NCBI GenBank assembly: GCA_963751345.1 | Contig: CAVVUS010000014.1 | Span: forward strand, 1 to 64,000 | Length of the DNA stretch: 64,000 bases | Reading direction: 5' to 3' | From: an uncultured Chloroflexia bacterium | GTDB taxonomy: Bacteria; Chloroflexota; Anaerolineae; B4-G1; SLSP01 | Shown here: positions 62,907 to 64,000 of the stretch, piece by piece | How the letters are laid out: the number at the start of each line of letters is the position of its first letter | How positions within the stretch are numbered: the stretch's first letter is position 1 | The notes under the pieces: model-generated | The model's input: the letters and a program-made list of their open reading frames with translations, nothing else | Databases searched by the model: none | What the model was told of the DNA's origin: nothing | Position numbers and translations under genes: made by a program

Positions 62907-64000
62907 ATGGCTATGGAGGATTACGCGGATCAACCTCGGATAGAGCAATCAGCTTTGTCCGACCAAAGAGAAACCAAAGTCTCGTTCAAGGAGGTCAACT
63001 GGCGCCGTCTGCTCGGCTACCTGAAGCCCTACCGTGGACGGATGGGCCTGGCGGTGCTGTCGTTGGTGCTCTCGACCGGGTTCGGCCTGGCCTTCCCGGC
63101 CATCATCGTCCGACTGCTCGATTCGGTGACGAAGTCGCAGAGCCTCAGCTCGCTGAACATGCTGGCCGGCTTGCTGATTGCCATCTTCCTGGCCCAGGCA
63201 GCCTTCAGCTTCGTGCAGTCGTACCTGTTGGCGTACGTCGGCGGGCATATCGTCTACGACCTGCGCACGTCGCTCTATGCCCGCCTGCAGCAGCTCTCGC
63301 TCGACTTCTATGCTCTGCGGCGTGTGGGAGACCTGGTCTCGCGCCTCTCCAGCGACGTCACCCAAATGCGCACGATGTTGACCAACAACTTGACCATGAT
63401 GCTGAGTCAGACGCTGACGTTGGTCGGCTCAGTCACGATCCTGCTCACGATGAACGCGCGCTTTACGATCTTCATCCTGGCACTGGTGCCGGTGTTGCTA
63501 GGGGTGGCCTTCGTCTTCGGCAACCGCATTCGCAAGAGCAGCACACACGTCCAGGATCAGTTGGCGGCCTCGACGGTGGTCGCCGAAGAGGGCCTGCAGG
63601 GCATTCGCATTGTGAAGAGCTTCGGCCGGGAAGATTACGAGACCGGGCGCTATCACGACGCGATGGACAAGACGTTCCGTGCTTCCCTGCAGATGGCGGT
63701 CTACAACTCCCTCTTCGCCTCCGTTATGATGTTCCTGGGCTTCGGCTCCATCGCGGCGATTATGTGGTACGGGGGACACGAGGTGATCGCGGGCCGCCTG
63801 ACCTTGGCCATGATCACTGGCTTCCTGATGTACGGCGTCTCCGTCGCCGGGAGCCTGGGTGGGTTGGGCGGTCTGTACGGGCAACTCAGTGCGGCCCTCG
63901 GTGGCGTGCAGCGCGTTTTCGAGATCCTGGACAGCGAGCCCTCGGTGCGCGACGCACCGGACGCAGCGGTTCTCCAAGCCAGCCAAGGGCGCCTTACGTT
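62907..64000 (+). CDS. ABC exporter (MsbA-like) TM domain, truncated by the window end
   Basis: GGAGG RBS, WRRLLGYLKPY, GDLVSRLSSDV, GIRIVKSF, QRVFEILD; open to the window edge. Confidence 0.85.
   Translation, partial: MAMEDYADQPRIEQSALSDQRETKVSFKEVNWRRLLGYLKPYRGRMGLAVLSLVLSTGFGLAFPAIIVRLLDSVTKSQSLSSLNMLAGLLIAIFLAQAAFSFVQSYLLAYVGGHIVYDLRTSLYARLQQLSLDFYALRRVGDLVSRLSSDVTQMRTMLTNNLTMMLSQTLTLVGSVTILLTMNARFTIFILALVPVLLGVAFVFGNRIRKSSTHVQDQLAASTVVAEEGLQGIRIVKSFGREDYETGRYHDAMDKTFRASLQMAVYNSLFASVMMFLGFGSIAAIMWYGGHEVIAGRLTLAMITGFLMYGVSVAGSLGGLGGLYGQLSAALGGVQRVFEILDSEPSVRDAPDAAVLQASQGRLT

Overview
High-GC bacterial chromosome segment, most likely Chloroflexota (Anaerolineae-like). Evidence for the taxon: a C-terminal YLPLVLR motif, a LysW carrier pathway, a GAAC-N4-GTTC LexA box and a heliorhodopsin. 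About 20 genes carry 1-nt frameshifts, which I read as uncorrected long-read indels rather than biology. Content in order: a large modular secreted repeat protein; GH4; an ABC-2 exporter; an M28 peptidase; a GntR-led sugar catabolic operon; a 14.6-kb LysW-dependent arginine operon (lysW-X-Y-Z-J-carA-carB-lysK-GNAT-argG-argH); a divergent FtsK-motor plus membrane-protein pair; tRNA-Lys; transporters and glycoside hydrolases; ada; heliorhodopsin divergent from a MarR/amino-acid ABC operon; and tandem ABC exporters. Most notable unannotated signals: (1) a 28-codon leader peptide with AAG-CGA-CGA-GCT-CGA plus terminator/antiterminator ahead of the LysW-arg operon, a candidate Arg(/Lys) translational attenuator; (2) a perfect SOS box controlling a membrane-less FtsK motor and a 2-TM partner; (3) an 18-bp micro-element (CGCCGTCCGAGGCGC core) and REP-like hairpins inserted in frame in several enzymes; (4) a uORF/terminator leader ahead of the ABC exporter pair.
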